Part shown: in pieces, positions 11,101-22,956 of the stretch
Layout: each line of letters opens with the position of its first letter
Numbering within the stretch: the stretch's first letter is position 1
From: Amoebophrya sp. A120
Lineage: Eukaryota; Protista; Dinoflagellata
Assembly (NCBI GenBank): GCA_905178155.1
Contig: CAJINV010000004.1
Location: 1,794,341 to 1,846,716 of the forward strand
Direction: 5' to 3'
DNA length: 52,376 nucleotides
The notes under the pieces: generated by a model
The model's database searches: none
Told to the model about the DNA's origin: nothing
Seen by the model: only the letters and a program-made list of their open reading frames with translations
Program-made: the position numbers and the translations under genes

Positions 11101-14100
11101 GCCATGCAGCGCGGCAAAGCGGACCGGCGGAAGGTCGCGGAGAAGAAAGATACGAAGGAGAAGGACATTGTTGAGCCCTTGTCCCCGGCGACACTGGCGC
11201 GGCCCGTGACGCTCGACGAAGCGACCGTCGCAGAATTAGCGATGGACGAAGACGAAGAGCTGCGGGCTGCGGCCGTGAAAATTCAGGCGGTGCAGCGGGG
11301 GAAGCAGCAGAGGCGGAAAATGAGCGACAGTGCTGGTGCTGCTACGCCCGCCGTGGTTACTACCACAATTGACGAGGCCACCGTTGACGCAATCGTCGCT
11401 GACGAAGAGGCGGATGAGGAGCTAAAGGCTGCGGCCGTGAGAATTCAGGCGGTGCAGCGGGGAAAACAAGACCGAAGGAAGATGGAGGAAAAGAAAGCGG
11501 CGAAAGAAGCGGGTAGATTTTCACCAGGGGCAACTGGTGCACAACAAGAAGTAGAAGGACCACCAACAGCAGAAGCAGGAGCAGAAGACCTGCTCACGCA
11601 ACAAGAACTTGAGGAGGACAAAGAACTGGAACAGGCGGCCATCAAGATCCAAGCGGTCCAGCGAGGCAAGCAAGAGCGGAAGAAACGCACAGCTGCAGCA
11701 GGTGATGCATCTCCCATTGTAGCGACACCGGTCGTGGACCGAGCCACGATTGACGCCATTGCTGCCGACGAGGAAGAGGACGAGGAGCTGCGCTTGGCTG
11801 CTATCAAGATCCAGGCTGTGCAGAGGGGGAAACAGGACAGGAAAAAAATGGCAGAGAAACACCAAGGCGGCATTGCCGTTGCGGCGGAAGGAGAGGCAGC
11901 TGCCACTGCTGCCAGCCCGCCCGCAGTAGAACATCAAGACGCTGCGGCTGCACAAGAGGAAAATAAGGTCGACATCGATGAAAACGATGAAGAGCTGAAG
12001 GCCGCAGCTGTGAAAATCCAGGCCGTGCAGCGGGGCAAGATGCAACGAAGGAAAATGTCCGGTGGTGTTGAAGGAGGTGATGGCACAAGTCCATCTGCCG
12101 CAGCCGCTTCGCCAGAAGAAGAACCCACTCCGCTGACGCAGGAGGAGGCCGTGTCCGCAATCCTGGCGGATGAGGAGGCTGACGAGGAGCTGAAGGCGGC
12201 CGCGGTAAAGATTCAAGCTGTGCAACGAGGGAAACTGGAACGGAGAAAACTGTCTGAAAAGTCGACTTCGTCAGCAAACCAGGCTCGGGTAGGAGAATCA
12301 ACACAAGAACAAGCTTCAATCCCACAGCAGAAAATCGTCATTGCTAGTGCAACCGCTGGGAGCAGCATCTCCGTCGAGCTGGATGGCGCTGCGATCGCGG
12401 AGCTACTGGGCGACGAAACCGCGGAAGAGGAACTAAAGGCTGCCGCGGTGAAAATCCAAGCGGTGCAACGGGGCAAGCTGGAGCGGAGAAAGATGCAAGA
12501 AAAAAAGATGAAGTCCGTTGAGGGTCGTGGAGACGGACTTCTGGTGGAGCAGGCGGGAGTAGACGAAGGAGGACAAGATGAACCTAGTAGTACCGCAGGA
12601 CCAGGAGCACCACCCGACCAAGCTAGTACCGGGGCCCAACAAGGAGAAGAGCCGCCGATTGACATCATTGAGGACGAAGAATTGTTAGCAGCCGCAGTGA
12701 AAATCCAGGCTGCGCAGCGCGGCAAGAAAGACAGAAAGAAAGTCGAGGAAAAGAAGCAGGAGAAAGAACAAGCAGCTAGTGCTGCAATAATAAGTCCTGC
12801 AGTCGCTCCAGTTACTATCGAGATTGAAGTGGACTCGGAGGAGGAGCGTCGTTTGTCGAAGCAATTTGCCGAGATGAAGCAACGAGTGAAGCAGCAGCTG
12901 CAGGGCTTTAGCCAGGAAGAGGAGGAGGAGCAGGAAGAAGTGCAGAAGTACGTGTCCGATTTGATCTACGTAACCGAAAGTGAAGCGCTCGGGGCCGCGG
13001 CAGGTGCAGAAAGTGCCGCGCCAGTCGATGGTGTTGAGCAAGGTGCTCCTGCTTCAGGAGGAGTAGCTGTACCTACCGCTGATGAATTGCAGGCCCTAAA
13101 AGAAACTACAGGACCTGCTGCTGATAGTTGTGCAGACCCGGGTGTAGAACAAGTAGAGGCCATACTAGAAGCTGCGGTAGAAGCTGTACCAGCGGAGCAA
13201 AGTGTGGTTGTTCCGCAGGTGCAAGCGTCTGCACCAGCGCCCGATGGGGCCGAGGACATGCAAAAAGGCTCAGAAAACGCCATCGAGGGTGCTGAAGGTG
13301 AAGTAAGTGCAGAACAAGTGGCAAGCGTGTCGGCCGAACAAGTCGCAGCGACTGCAGCGACAGTTGCTGGAGAAGGTGCTGCAACTGAGCCACCAATCGA
13401 CGGTGCGGTCGTTGTAGAGGACGGCACCACTGCTGTCGCGGTAGAAGCAGCAGAAACGGAGGATGTGGTGAAAGAAACGGTTCCCACGCAAGATGGTGAG
13501 GTTGCTGCAGACCTACAGGAAGCACAACCACAGGTAATTGTCGAGGAGTCCCAACAAGAGGATAAAGCCAAAGGAGTCGTTGCCATACCACCCAGCGAGG
13601 TCGTTGTACTGCCTGAGCTGCAAGATGCGGCAACTAGTGGAGAACTACAGGCTAGTGCAGTTGCAGCAGTCCCCAGCGCTGGCGCGCAGAGTCCGGACCG
13701 AAGCACTTCGAACGAACAGTCCGGCTCAGCTACATCGGGTCCGTCCCTACTGAAGTCTGCGAAGGCACTGTGGATGGCGGTCACCGTGAAACGCGTGGTT
13801 GCGCACAGCAGACGAGCCAGCAAGGCGAAAAAGGCGGAAGCGGCGAACGGTGCGGCTTCTCCGCCGGCAGAGGATGCTGGTTCAACTGCGGCCGCGGTGG
13901 GAAAAGTAGTAGATTCGGTAGAAGCAGCGGATCAACCAGTGGGCGCTGCTACCACGACGTCAGCAGTAGAGCAAGCTGCTGGTGTCGCGGAGGATGGTAG
14001 TGCTGCGGTCCCGGCGGACGCAGCAGCACCGGGTGAAGGAGTAGACGCAGGTGCAGCACTAGATGCAGAGCCGGGGTCAATAGGACAACCGCCAGCGGAT

Positions 14101-17100
14101 GGTGTAGAAGCTCCGGAGGGGGCTACTGCGGCATCTGCAGACCACGTCGCTGCCACTACAACTCCCGGTGCCGGGGAGGGTGATGAAAGTGCGAAAGTTC
14201 CGTCAGATAGCGAGCAGAAAGCCTCTGTGCCGACTGGTGAAGCAAGTGCAGATGCATCCGCTGCTACACCTGCCGCAGTAGAGGAAGGCACACTACCGAC
14301 GGAAGGCGGGGAGCAACTACCAGCAGCAGAAAAACCACAAGGCACAGCCGCGGAGGGTGATGAACCACCGCTGCCGCCTCCGGCAGAATTTGCGGAGCAG
14401 CTGAACCTGTTGCGGGAAGCAGAGGACTTGCTCGCAGAAGTCGCGGCAGACGACGCCGAAGTGCCGACGATCGTCCCGACCGGAGTATCAACAGCCGACG
14501 TGGTGGCAACAGAAGACGTAGTTCTGGCGGAAGGTGCTGCTCCTGCGGACAATGCAACAAATACGCCAGCTGCTGGTGAACAAGCTACAAGGGAGACGAA
14601 ACTATCGGAAGAGGGAGCAAAAGTCCTCGATCCCACGTCCTCATTACAAATCAGCGACCAACCCGACAACTTGGTACCACCAGAGGGAGGGGCTGAGCAA
14701 CAAGCTGCTTCTGGCGCCGGCGACCCAGCAAGTGCGATCGTGAGCAGGGGAGAGCCGATCGATGCTCAGGCTGCTGCAGCAAAGGAGAAGGCGGAAGCCG
14801 CGGCAAAAGCAAAGACGGCTGAGCAAGAGCAAGCCCTTCCGATCGAAGAGGTAGCAGTAGCCGTGGAACCGGTTGCTGTTGATCCGTCTGTGGAGAAAGG
14901 TAAGGCAGAGGATGAAACAAAGCCGTCTGTAGTTCAGTTTGACCAACAAGAAGTTGACCCAGAAGTAGAACACCAACCGGCTTCAACATCAGTGAAAAAG
15001 GATGAGAAGAAGAAGCGCAGTTCCACTGCGTCTGCGTCCTCTAGCCGGCAACAGTCGCCCGGCGCGGCGAGCAGTGTGGTCAGCGAAGACGCCGGTTTGA
15101 AGCTCGATCTAGACACGCATCGGACCGTCGACACAGCGGCGTCCACGCGGCCGCAGACGCGACAAAAGGATCTGCGGTTCCGCGAGGGGGACGACAGCAC
15201 ATTTGTGTATTCTCCGAAACACAAAGACGCGACCAAACGGCCACGGAGCGGCGGGAGTGCCGCCGACCGGAGTCCCAGCTCGGGCGAGTCCCGGTCCCCC
15301 CGGTCGCGCAGTCCGCCCTTGGCGGACATGACGAATCGCGCGGGGCTGACCAGCTGGGTGGGCATGCTGTCCGGTTTAGGCGGGAGTGGGCTTCGTGGTC
15401 CTATCGCGCGCGCGGACGACGCGGTCGGGCGGGAAATTCCCGCGCACCCGCCGGGCATGGTGCAGGGGAAGAAGACAAAATCCTTTATCGAAGACGACCT
15501 GACGCCGGACCAGGAGCGCCTGAGAAATTTGGTCTCGCCAGCCTACGTCCGACACGTTTTGCGGTCCAAGGTGATCGGCATTGGGCCACCGTACAACGCG
15601 AACTTTGGCGCGGGCGGCCGGAAGATCGAGCCGCGGGGGAAATCCGCGGAGGCGGGCGACTGGACGTGGGCCAAGACGCAGAACGTGAAGCAGGACACGC
15701 GCGATTGGTCGCGGTCGTACCAGCACGTGCGCACGGCCTTCGACAACGTCGGCGGAAGAGGCAAGCTGCCGCGACTGAAACTGGGCCCGCCGCCACAGCT
15801 GCAGCCCGTGCAAACCACGCCCACCGCCGCGAGCGTGGCCGCAAAGCGAAGGGCGAACGCGCGGAAAGCGCAGGGAGTCCCGGTCGGACCGCCGGGACGG
15901 GCGTTCCGAAAAACCGCAGGCGCGAAAGAACCGATTCCGGTGGGAAAGACAGAGCCGGATCCAATAGGCGGAATGCATCCGGGCATCGTGAAGGCCGGAA
16001 CGTCCACAAAGTCCTCCCCGTCCTCCGCGGGGAAAAAGGGCAAATCGTCAGCCGCCGAGGAAGGCCGAGGTGGATCTTCCCCCGGCGGGGGGATCGGCGC
16101 CAGTTCCCCCGGCGGATCGTCGCCGGGAGAAAAGAAGAAGAAGCAGAAGGCAAATATGGACAGTCTAGACACGAAAGAAAGTGGTGCAGCGGAGGATGGT
16201 ACAACTACAGCTGCCGGAGGAGCGAGGAAGGGCAAGGGGGTTTCTGCCTCACCAGGAGGAACTGCCGCGGAGGAAATTGACAGATCTCCGGGCGGACGAG
16301 AGGGACAAGAACTTCCAGATGGGGCCGGCGGCGCTGCTGCAGAAATAGAGCCAGATGGTGTAGATGGAGTTGCAATACCGACCGGAGAAACAGGTGGTGC
16401 CATGATCACGACGGAAGACGGGCGTGTAATCCCCGCTTCCGATGACCAAATCGTGCTCTCCGATGGAACCATCATAACGCAGGATGACAGCACCAAGCAA
16501 GAAGCCTTCTCCGCGAGCTCGGCGGAAGAGCCGGGCGAGCAGTTGGTGCATCAGGCGTTGATGGAAGTGGTGGAGAACCTGTCTGGAGGCTATCAAACAA
16601 AAAAAGTTCGTCACGATCACGCATGCGCATTTTTGCAGTACAAAACTGCTTGTCATGCGTAAAAATGCATCACAGCCAAACTGCATTGGGAATTTCCCTA
16701 GTGTTTCTGCAATACAAGGAAAATTTGTCGTGCTAAGAAAATTTGTAATGCAAAGCCTGCAAGTTAGTGACTGTGGCGAACTTTTTTCTCTCCATAGAGG
16801 CACAGCTGCCTTTAGTATCCAGGACGACTTGTGGTCCGAACAGGAGGTGGTGTTGCTATCCACTGCAAATATGTCTGGGTCTGAAAGATGTCATGCGTAT
16901 TTTGCATGACGCGTGATGCCTGTAATGCATGACCCAGCATCACAGAAGAGGAGAAAATTTCAGAATGCTTACTGATGCCTCTCCCGCATGAGAAATGGTG
17001 CCCTCGCCGCATCACATAAACTTGACCCCTACATGCTCCTCATGCAATACAGATTTTTTTAGATTCCAAAAATAGCATCACAAGTTGCATCCTTCCAGAC

Positions 17101-18587
17101 CCAGATGACATATTTGCAATGCATAGGAGCCGCCACGGGACGATGTCGATCCGGAGGAAGAGGACTCGCAGATGGGCGATCTGGAAGAAGAGCTCGTGCA
17201 GAGTATGATTTGCAAAAGTTAAAGTATCGTATTCGTATAAATGCATTACAAATTTTCCCAGCATGAGAAATCAAATTTGTAATGCGGTTTTACCTGAAGA
17301 AAAATATTTGTAATGCAAGACTTGCATTGATACGAGTACGATACTTTTGCACAGGATACAGAGGATCGTCGCGCAACTGCTGCACGGTGGGTTCGGAAGT
17401 GGAGAGGAGAGTGGTAGCGGGGTGACATCGGTTGCAACTGCAATTGGAATTGCAGCAGCACCACATGATGCGGAGGCACCAGGGCAAGAAGTCGAAACAG
17501 CTGCCGTCGGAGAGCGAGAGGCATCCAACTACGAGAGTGCAACAGCAGCAGCTACCGGCACCGCAATAATAGCAACCGAGGATGGAGTCCACGTTCAGCA
17601 ACCTGCGATAGAAGAAGCAGTTCCGAATGATGAGGAAGCAGCAGCACCAGTAGACCATAGAATCAGCGTTAATACCGAGGGCGAAGCGGAAGTGGCAGCG
17701 GCACTGCCCCTGGACGAGGGTGCGCCTACTGAGGTATTAAGCCAAGACCTTCAGGTCGCTGAGTCCTCTGCACCAGCACAGCCACCCGCCGAGACCACAG
17801 TAGACCAACCGCAGTCACCAGCGCAAGGTTTGTATCCAAGAAAAAACGATCGTAGGTGTAAGTAAGTAACTGCTTTTGAGGAACAGCGTTACAAATCTCT
17901 CTGCAAAAACCTGCGATGCGCAGATACTACGCGAGAACGCGCTTGAACGGACCCTACAACGCATGCCCAGCATGGCAGACGCATACATGTCTATGCATGT
18001 CGCGCATTACAGACTTACACTCACGGAGTTTTTTTCTTGGATAGTCTGCGGGCGGCGACGCAGGAGCACTTGGATGTCGACGAAGATGCAACGGCAGTCG
18101 CAGCGGCCGCGTATGGGACTCTGGAACGTGACATTGGTCGCTGATACGCGATTTTATGATGCACAAAGGTAGCGAAAGAGAAAGAGGGAGCTTACGCTTG
18201 CCGCTTGCGCGTCGCGCATTACAGATTTGGAATGGTTTCAATGATGCTATTTACCGCGTCAGGAAATTGTTTATGCGAAATGGCTTGGTCATGTGGAGTG
18301 TATGTGAAAGTCGCTGTGATTCTGATTTCTGGTTGGTGTTCCGCATGACAAATCCTATGAACAGCGACCAACGTAACGTTTGGGAAGCCCATAGCGCGAA
18401 TCAAGAAGTTGCGGACTCGACGTTGCAGCAGATTCTCGAGGCGGAAAACAGCGTCACGAAGGATTTTGAGGATGCAACAGTTTCACAGATCGTCCTGGAG
18501 CAGGGTGTTGCGGACCAGATTTTGGAACGAGCAGTTGCGGAAAACAACGAGGACGCCGCTGTGGGCAGAAGCGATAGAGAGGGGTGA
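8144..18587 (+). CDS. giant IQ-motif repeat protein, >=2,818 aa, 5' end uncertain
   Basis: Exons 8144-9301, 9451-9514, 9787-10180, 10342-10508, 10766-16590, 16802-16856, 17131-17203, 17364-17832, 18049-18111, 18399-18587 join in frame (8,457 nt). There are 12 IQxxQRGKxxR motifs. A possible 28-nt GT-AG intron at 8116-8143 would extend it upstream. Confidence 0.85.
9302..9445. mobile_element. introner family A
   Basis: tatcctgtgcaaaggtatcgtactcgt...acgagtgcgatacttttgcagttcata; repeat tcctg/tcctg; rejoins QFIL|EADA. Confidence 0.93.
9515..9781. mobile_element. introner family B (reverse orientation to 6121)
   Basis: TIR containing atgtctgggtctg; repeat gagca/gagca; rejoins ADASTQAEK. Confidence 0.93.
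10181..10336. mobile_element. introner family A
   Basis: tatgcagtgcaagagtatcg...gcttttgcaattcata; repeat gatgc/gatgc; rejoins GGDAGEQ. Confidence 0.92.
10509..10760. mobile_element. introner family B-like
   Basis: tatcaagtgcaaatatgtctggg...cagacatatttgcaatgcata; repeat cgaac/cgaac; rejoins SDTELLEL. Confidence 0.92.
16591..16796. mobile_element. introner family C
   Basis: tatcaaacaaaaaaagttcgtcac / gtggcgaacttttttctctccata; repeat gaggc/gaggc; interior matches 46538-46747 in reverse. Confidence 0.9.
16857..17125. mobile_element. introner family B
   Basis: tatccactgcaaatatgtctggg...gacatatttgcaatgcata; degenerate repeat gttgc/ggagc; frame restored. Confidence 0.88.
17204..17358. mobile_element. 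introner family A (reverse orientation to 9302)
   Basis: Ends acgagtacgatacttttgcacaggata; repeat cagag/cagag; rejoins LVQRIVAQ. Confidence 0.92.
17833..18043. mobile_element. introner, family C-type ends
   Basis: TIR tatccaagaaaaaa / ttttttcttggata; repeat gtttg/gtctg; rejoins AQGLRAAT. Confidence 0.88.
18112..18393. mobile_element. introner, singleton family
   Basis: Imperfect ~33-bp TIR tatgggactctggaacgtgacattggtcgctg / cagcgaccaacgtaacgtttgggaagcccata; repeat ccgcg/gcgcg. Confidence 0.87.
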
Positions 18588-20153
18588 AGTGGATGAGAAG
18601 AGGAAAATAAAGAAGACGGGAAAACGCTGCAAGTGGGCGTGAACGTGAAGATGTAAGAAAGATATAGATATTTCTCCGCAAAGGCAAATGTACTAAAAAC
18701 GCTAAAATGACTTCCATGTTATGTACTCATACCTAGTACAACCTCAACCAGCAAATCGAACTATAATCAAACAAACGTAAACGAATAGGATAAGGACAAT
18801 TACAATTAGGAATATCGGTAGTGTGTGCTATGGTAGAATTATTTCGTAGCCGTAGTTTCTTCCCCATTCAATGCAAAGAACTTTGAAGCAAATCCACAAG
18901 TCGAAAGATATTTACAAGATCTTGCTTGCATGCTGCTGGCAATTCGAAATCGATGGTGGTCCTCGTTCAAGCCAGCAAAAAACGCAAGAACGCCTAGTAG
19001 CATGGTTCATCTTATCCTCGGCCTTCGCATTCGCCATGTAGAATTTGATTGTAAAGTAGATGCAGATCATGGCAGCTAGTTGTACTATGGCGTAATCATC
19101 TACTAAGCGAATAGTCGAAGATCTTCGTCTCAAGAGCTTTCCTTTGTTTATTCTGCAGTTCTTATTTCTTGTATCTGTATGTACATCCACCACAGAAAAA
19201 GCCACAACTGGCAGCTAGTTGCTTCTCATCAGGTAGCAATAGAAATTAATCGGCTTGCCAGCAAGAATCAAGCTCGATATAATCCACGTAATCCGATGGC
19301 ACACTAATCTCAATGAATATCAGACACTAGGATCACACAACGATAACCAAATCAAAATCTCACTAGGAGCTTCGGTAGACTGAAAATTGTCTGCGGCTAC
19401 TTGTTTCTTCTTGTAGCGTCCGAAAACTCGTTTCTTGCAGTGAAAAATGAACTTATGTTTTGCTTTTGCGTAGATAATGCACCTTATACCTTGCACGAGG
19501 ATGGAAGATGTACAACCAGTATTACAGAGGTGTTTCCTTCCTGTTGTATGAAACAAAAAAGCGCCCTGTTCCTTGATTTCGCGTGCGAGACCGAGGCCGC
19601 CCGAGCGCGATCTTTCCTGTGTAGGTGGTCTAGTCAATGTGTATGTTCGTCCATCCACGACTTTGTGTTGACCTTCAACATGTTCCTGGTATCAGAACCA
19701 TCTGTACGACGGTTGGAGGAGCGCAAGACTACCAGAAAGCCAAAAAAAGAACGGAGGAGAAGAGATTGACAAGTTGTGTGCTAGAGTGTGAGAGGCCCAC
19801 GCGTCTGCGTCGCAACGAGTTGTATTAACATCACAAGCTGATGGAGCAGACGCAAGATCTAAAATACCAAACTACGCAAAAAGAATGAGAAACAGACACG
19901 TCGTCTGGGAAAGAGCTATTAACTTTTAACACGCACCTCTGCCCGACAAATCAGCGACATTCAAAAACTTCTATAGCGATGTTGTTAGCGACATGGTAAA
20001 AAAAACGTGTATTATTCGTCCATGGCAGGACGTCGACCACGAGCCACGACCAGCACATGTTGTCGACCAGCACATGCTGACCACTCACTGTCACGACATC
20101 AAGAATTTTGATTGAAAGCGACAGTAAAACGAACATCCGAAAAACGGGAAAGA

Positions 20154-20569
20154 ATGCCGACCACGTCTCCGAAGAAGGCGAACTACCAGGGCGCGGCGAT
20201 CAATGCGCAGGCGTATTTGAAGTCCTCCGGTATGGAAAGGTTTTTGATATCCTGTGCAAAAGTATCGTACTCGTAGTAATTGCAATTATGCATGACAAAT
20301 CTGGTTCTTGAAGTAAAAGTAAAACAGCATGACAAGTTCTAGCTTTCATGCTGAACAAACTTGCAATGTCATTTCTACTAGTACGATTTTTTTGCAATGC
20401 ATATTTGAATCAGTGCGTCAACAGTTGCGTGCAGCAGCGGGTGAACGACCCCTACGTGTTTATGCTGCGGAAATTGACCCAGAACCTGACCGAAGCAGAA
20501 CTCCAGCAGTTCGGGCTCGTGCGGACCGCGAAGGAAAAACAAATCAGGATTTCGGAGGAACAGGGGTAG
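20154..20569 (+). CDS. 84-aa protein with RIIa/Dpy-30-like dimerisation-docking motif
   Basis: Exons 20154-20247 + 20409-20569 give MPTTSPKKANYQGAAINAQAYLKSSGMERFLNQCVNSCVQQRVNDPYVFMLRKL...; the domain call is by pattern only. Confidence 0.72.
20248..20403. mobile_element. introner family A
   Basis: tatcctgtgcaaaagtatcgtactcgtag...tttgcaatgcata; repeat tttga/tttga. Confidence 0.92.
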
Positions 20570-22956
20570 CAAGATAGAAGGACAGATGAAGATGATACAA
20601 CTGAAGGTGAAGATGAAGAAGCTGGACACTTCCAGTTCGTGTGTTGCTGTTTCGGAAGAAAGGAAGTGTCAGGCTTGTTGCTGATAGACATCGTCGTTAG
20701 TTGATGTTGATGAAATGGAAGCGGCTCCATGATGAAACCTGAGTACATCTAATTACAAGCTCCTCGGACATCAGGGTGGAAGAAAATGATGCCGCATACT
20801 CGACGGGAATTCACAGATACCTGTGTCTGCTTCAGCTGTTCACAGTCTCACTCCTGCTCATGCGTGTTCACCATTAAGCCGCAACATTTTGAAAGCAACT
20901 CGGCTGCGTTTTGTTCAATTTGACCGTGTGCCTTGCGGTGCCTACCTGCAGCAATACCTTGCGCGCAAGGGGGGTCGCGGCGTTTGCCAAGCGCCGCCAG
21001 TGCGCCGCGCTGTAAGCTTGCGCGCGGCCGCCCGGCCGGTTTCCCGCCGCCGAAGTAGGCGCCTGCGTGGAGGCGCGCGCCGCAATGGTTTTTCGCCTGG
21101 CATCCGGAAAGAGCGGCGGGGCTTGGTTGTTCAAAATTGCGGCCCGGCGCCATTTGCTTCAGCCGGGCGCGGGCCGAAGCCCGTGCCGCTAGGGCTCGCG
21201 AATGGCAGCGCCGGAAACGTCCGCGGCTTCGGAAGGTTCCGCCTTAGTGGGGGGCGCTGGCTTCATTGCATTGGAGTTCGACAGGTACGGCGGCCCCGCT
21301 GCTGGGGCAACAGCCGCAGCAGGAAGGAAGCTAAAACCAGCCGCAGCGCGAGGAGCCGCAGGGCCCCACTACGTGCCAACCTTCTGTGGAGTTTGGGCGA
21401 GAGGCCGAATGCTTCCACGACGCAGGTCGACCGGTTGGCGAACGAGGTGAGTTTGCTCGAGCAACCTCCCAATGGCAAAACGTTAGTCGAGGCGAACAGC
21501 GAAGCGGAAGCAGGCGAACAGTTCCACGCGGCCAATCTTCCCGATGGCCACGGACTACCGGCCTCGCTCTTAGAGTGGCAGCCCTTGGCGCCTGTTCCCG
21601 AGGTGTGGGGGGGGCAACGCGGCCCGGATTGGGCCGCGTCCGCATTGCGTTCCCCTTGAAGCCGTCGCAGTCTATGACAGACAGGCGAAAAGTGGCAGGG
21701 GCTAACCATTCCCGGGCCCGTGGCGTGTTGCGCCCCAACCCCAGCGCGGGCGTGAAACCTGCCCGGAAGAATTTCTGCAAGCAGCTCCGCCTGCGCGATG
21801 GGGATGAAAAGGCGCAGTCGGATTGTTCGCCCACTAATCATAGGCACAGGAAGAAGCCGCTGAATGACCGCACCCCGCGCGGCTGCGTGGCATATCGGAG
21901 GCGCGCCCACGAATTGCATGGCATGCAGGTCGGCCGCCGCATGAATTCCGGGCCGAGCGGCCGTGAAAGAGCTCGCGCCGGTGCGCGTGTGCAGAAAATC
22001 GCTCCGAGATAAGCCGCCGCGCCCTTGCCGGCGAAAAGAAAAGGAGGCGCGTGGCGCCCGAGATCAGCCCGGCGGGCGCGGCGAAGCAAAAAGCCCGCGG
22101 GCTCAGCCACGACAGGGCCGCCAGCAGAGTGGTGCGGGAGCTAGCAGACGGCGCGGACGGGGCGAAAAGATGGCGCGTGGGGCTCAGATGTGCCGCGTGC
22201 AATATTGCAACCAAGGAAGCGCGGCCACATTGATGACGGGCAGGGAGTCCCCGGCCGCCCCCTCTTGGTTTGCCTCGGCTTGTGCGGGGTGGGTGCTTGG
22301 GCACCGGCGCATCGCTGCGACGCAGGGCGCAGGGCGCGCGGCGCTTTGCGCCTATCATTTCACGGAATGGACATGAAACTGCGTCGCGCCCTGGTCATGC
22401 GCGACCGGCCTCCTGGCTTTGGCCAGCGACTTTGTGTACCAGGGCCGGTTGGGCCAAAGAAAGCGCGGGCACGCGGCGCTGTCCGTTGTATCTATAATAC
22501 TTACTCGGACGCTGCAGCCGGGGGTGGCGAAGCTGACTGTTGCTCTTCGCGATGATACCCCTCCTCCTCCGTTGTGGGGCTCCCTCTGGTATGATATTTG
22601 GCATTTACTTTTTTTGCAAGCACGCATGGTGGCAAATGTTTTGTACATGCGGCTCTCGCGGCTACCCTCATTATTGTCATTCGGTGATCGTGACGCAGCG
22701 GGTGATGTTCTGAGTCTGACGTCAACCGTGGTGGTGCTACAACTTGCGTATAATAAAGACGCTGAGATCATAGTTTTCATGCGTGCGCTTATCCATGCGT
22801 CTTCACGTTGACCGAATTTGTACGAGGAGTTTACCAACCCTCAGAGAGGTAGTCCCTTGGCTCGGCCCTTGTATGTATCTAGGCCTCTATTCGTTCTAGC
22901 CAACTCAACACCAACCGCCCGACAAATAGAGTCCCAAACAAGGACGACGAGGTCCA

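Noticed and set aside
11360-16496. Long minus-strand ORFs over the IQ gene, and 40804-42417
   Set aside because: Antisense shadows of GC-rich coding sequence with no domain signal.
20823-22555. R/A/G/P-rich ORFs as real genes
   Set aside because: They overlap in all frames, as expected from GC content alone.
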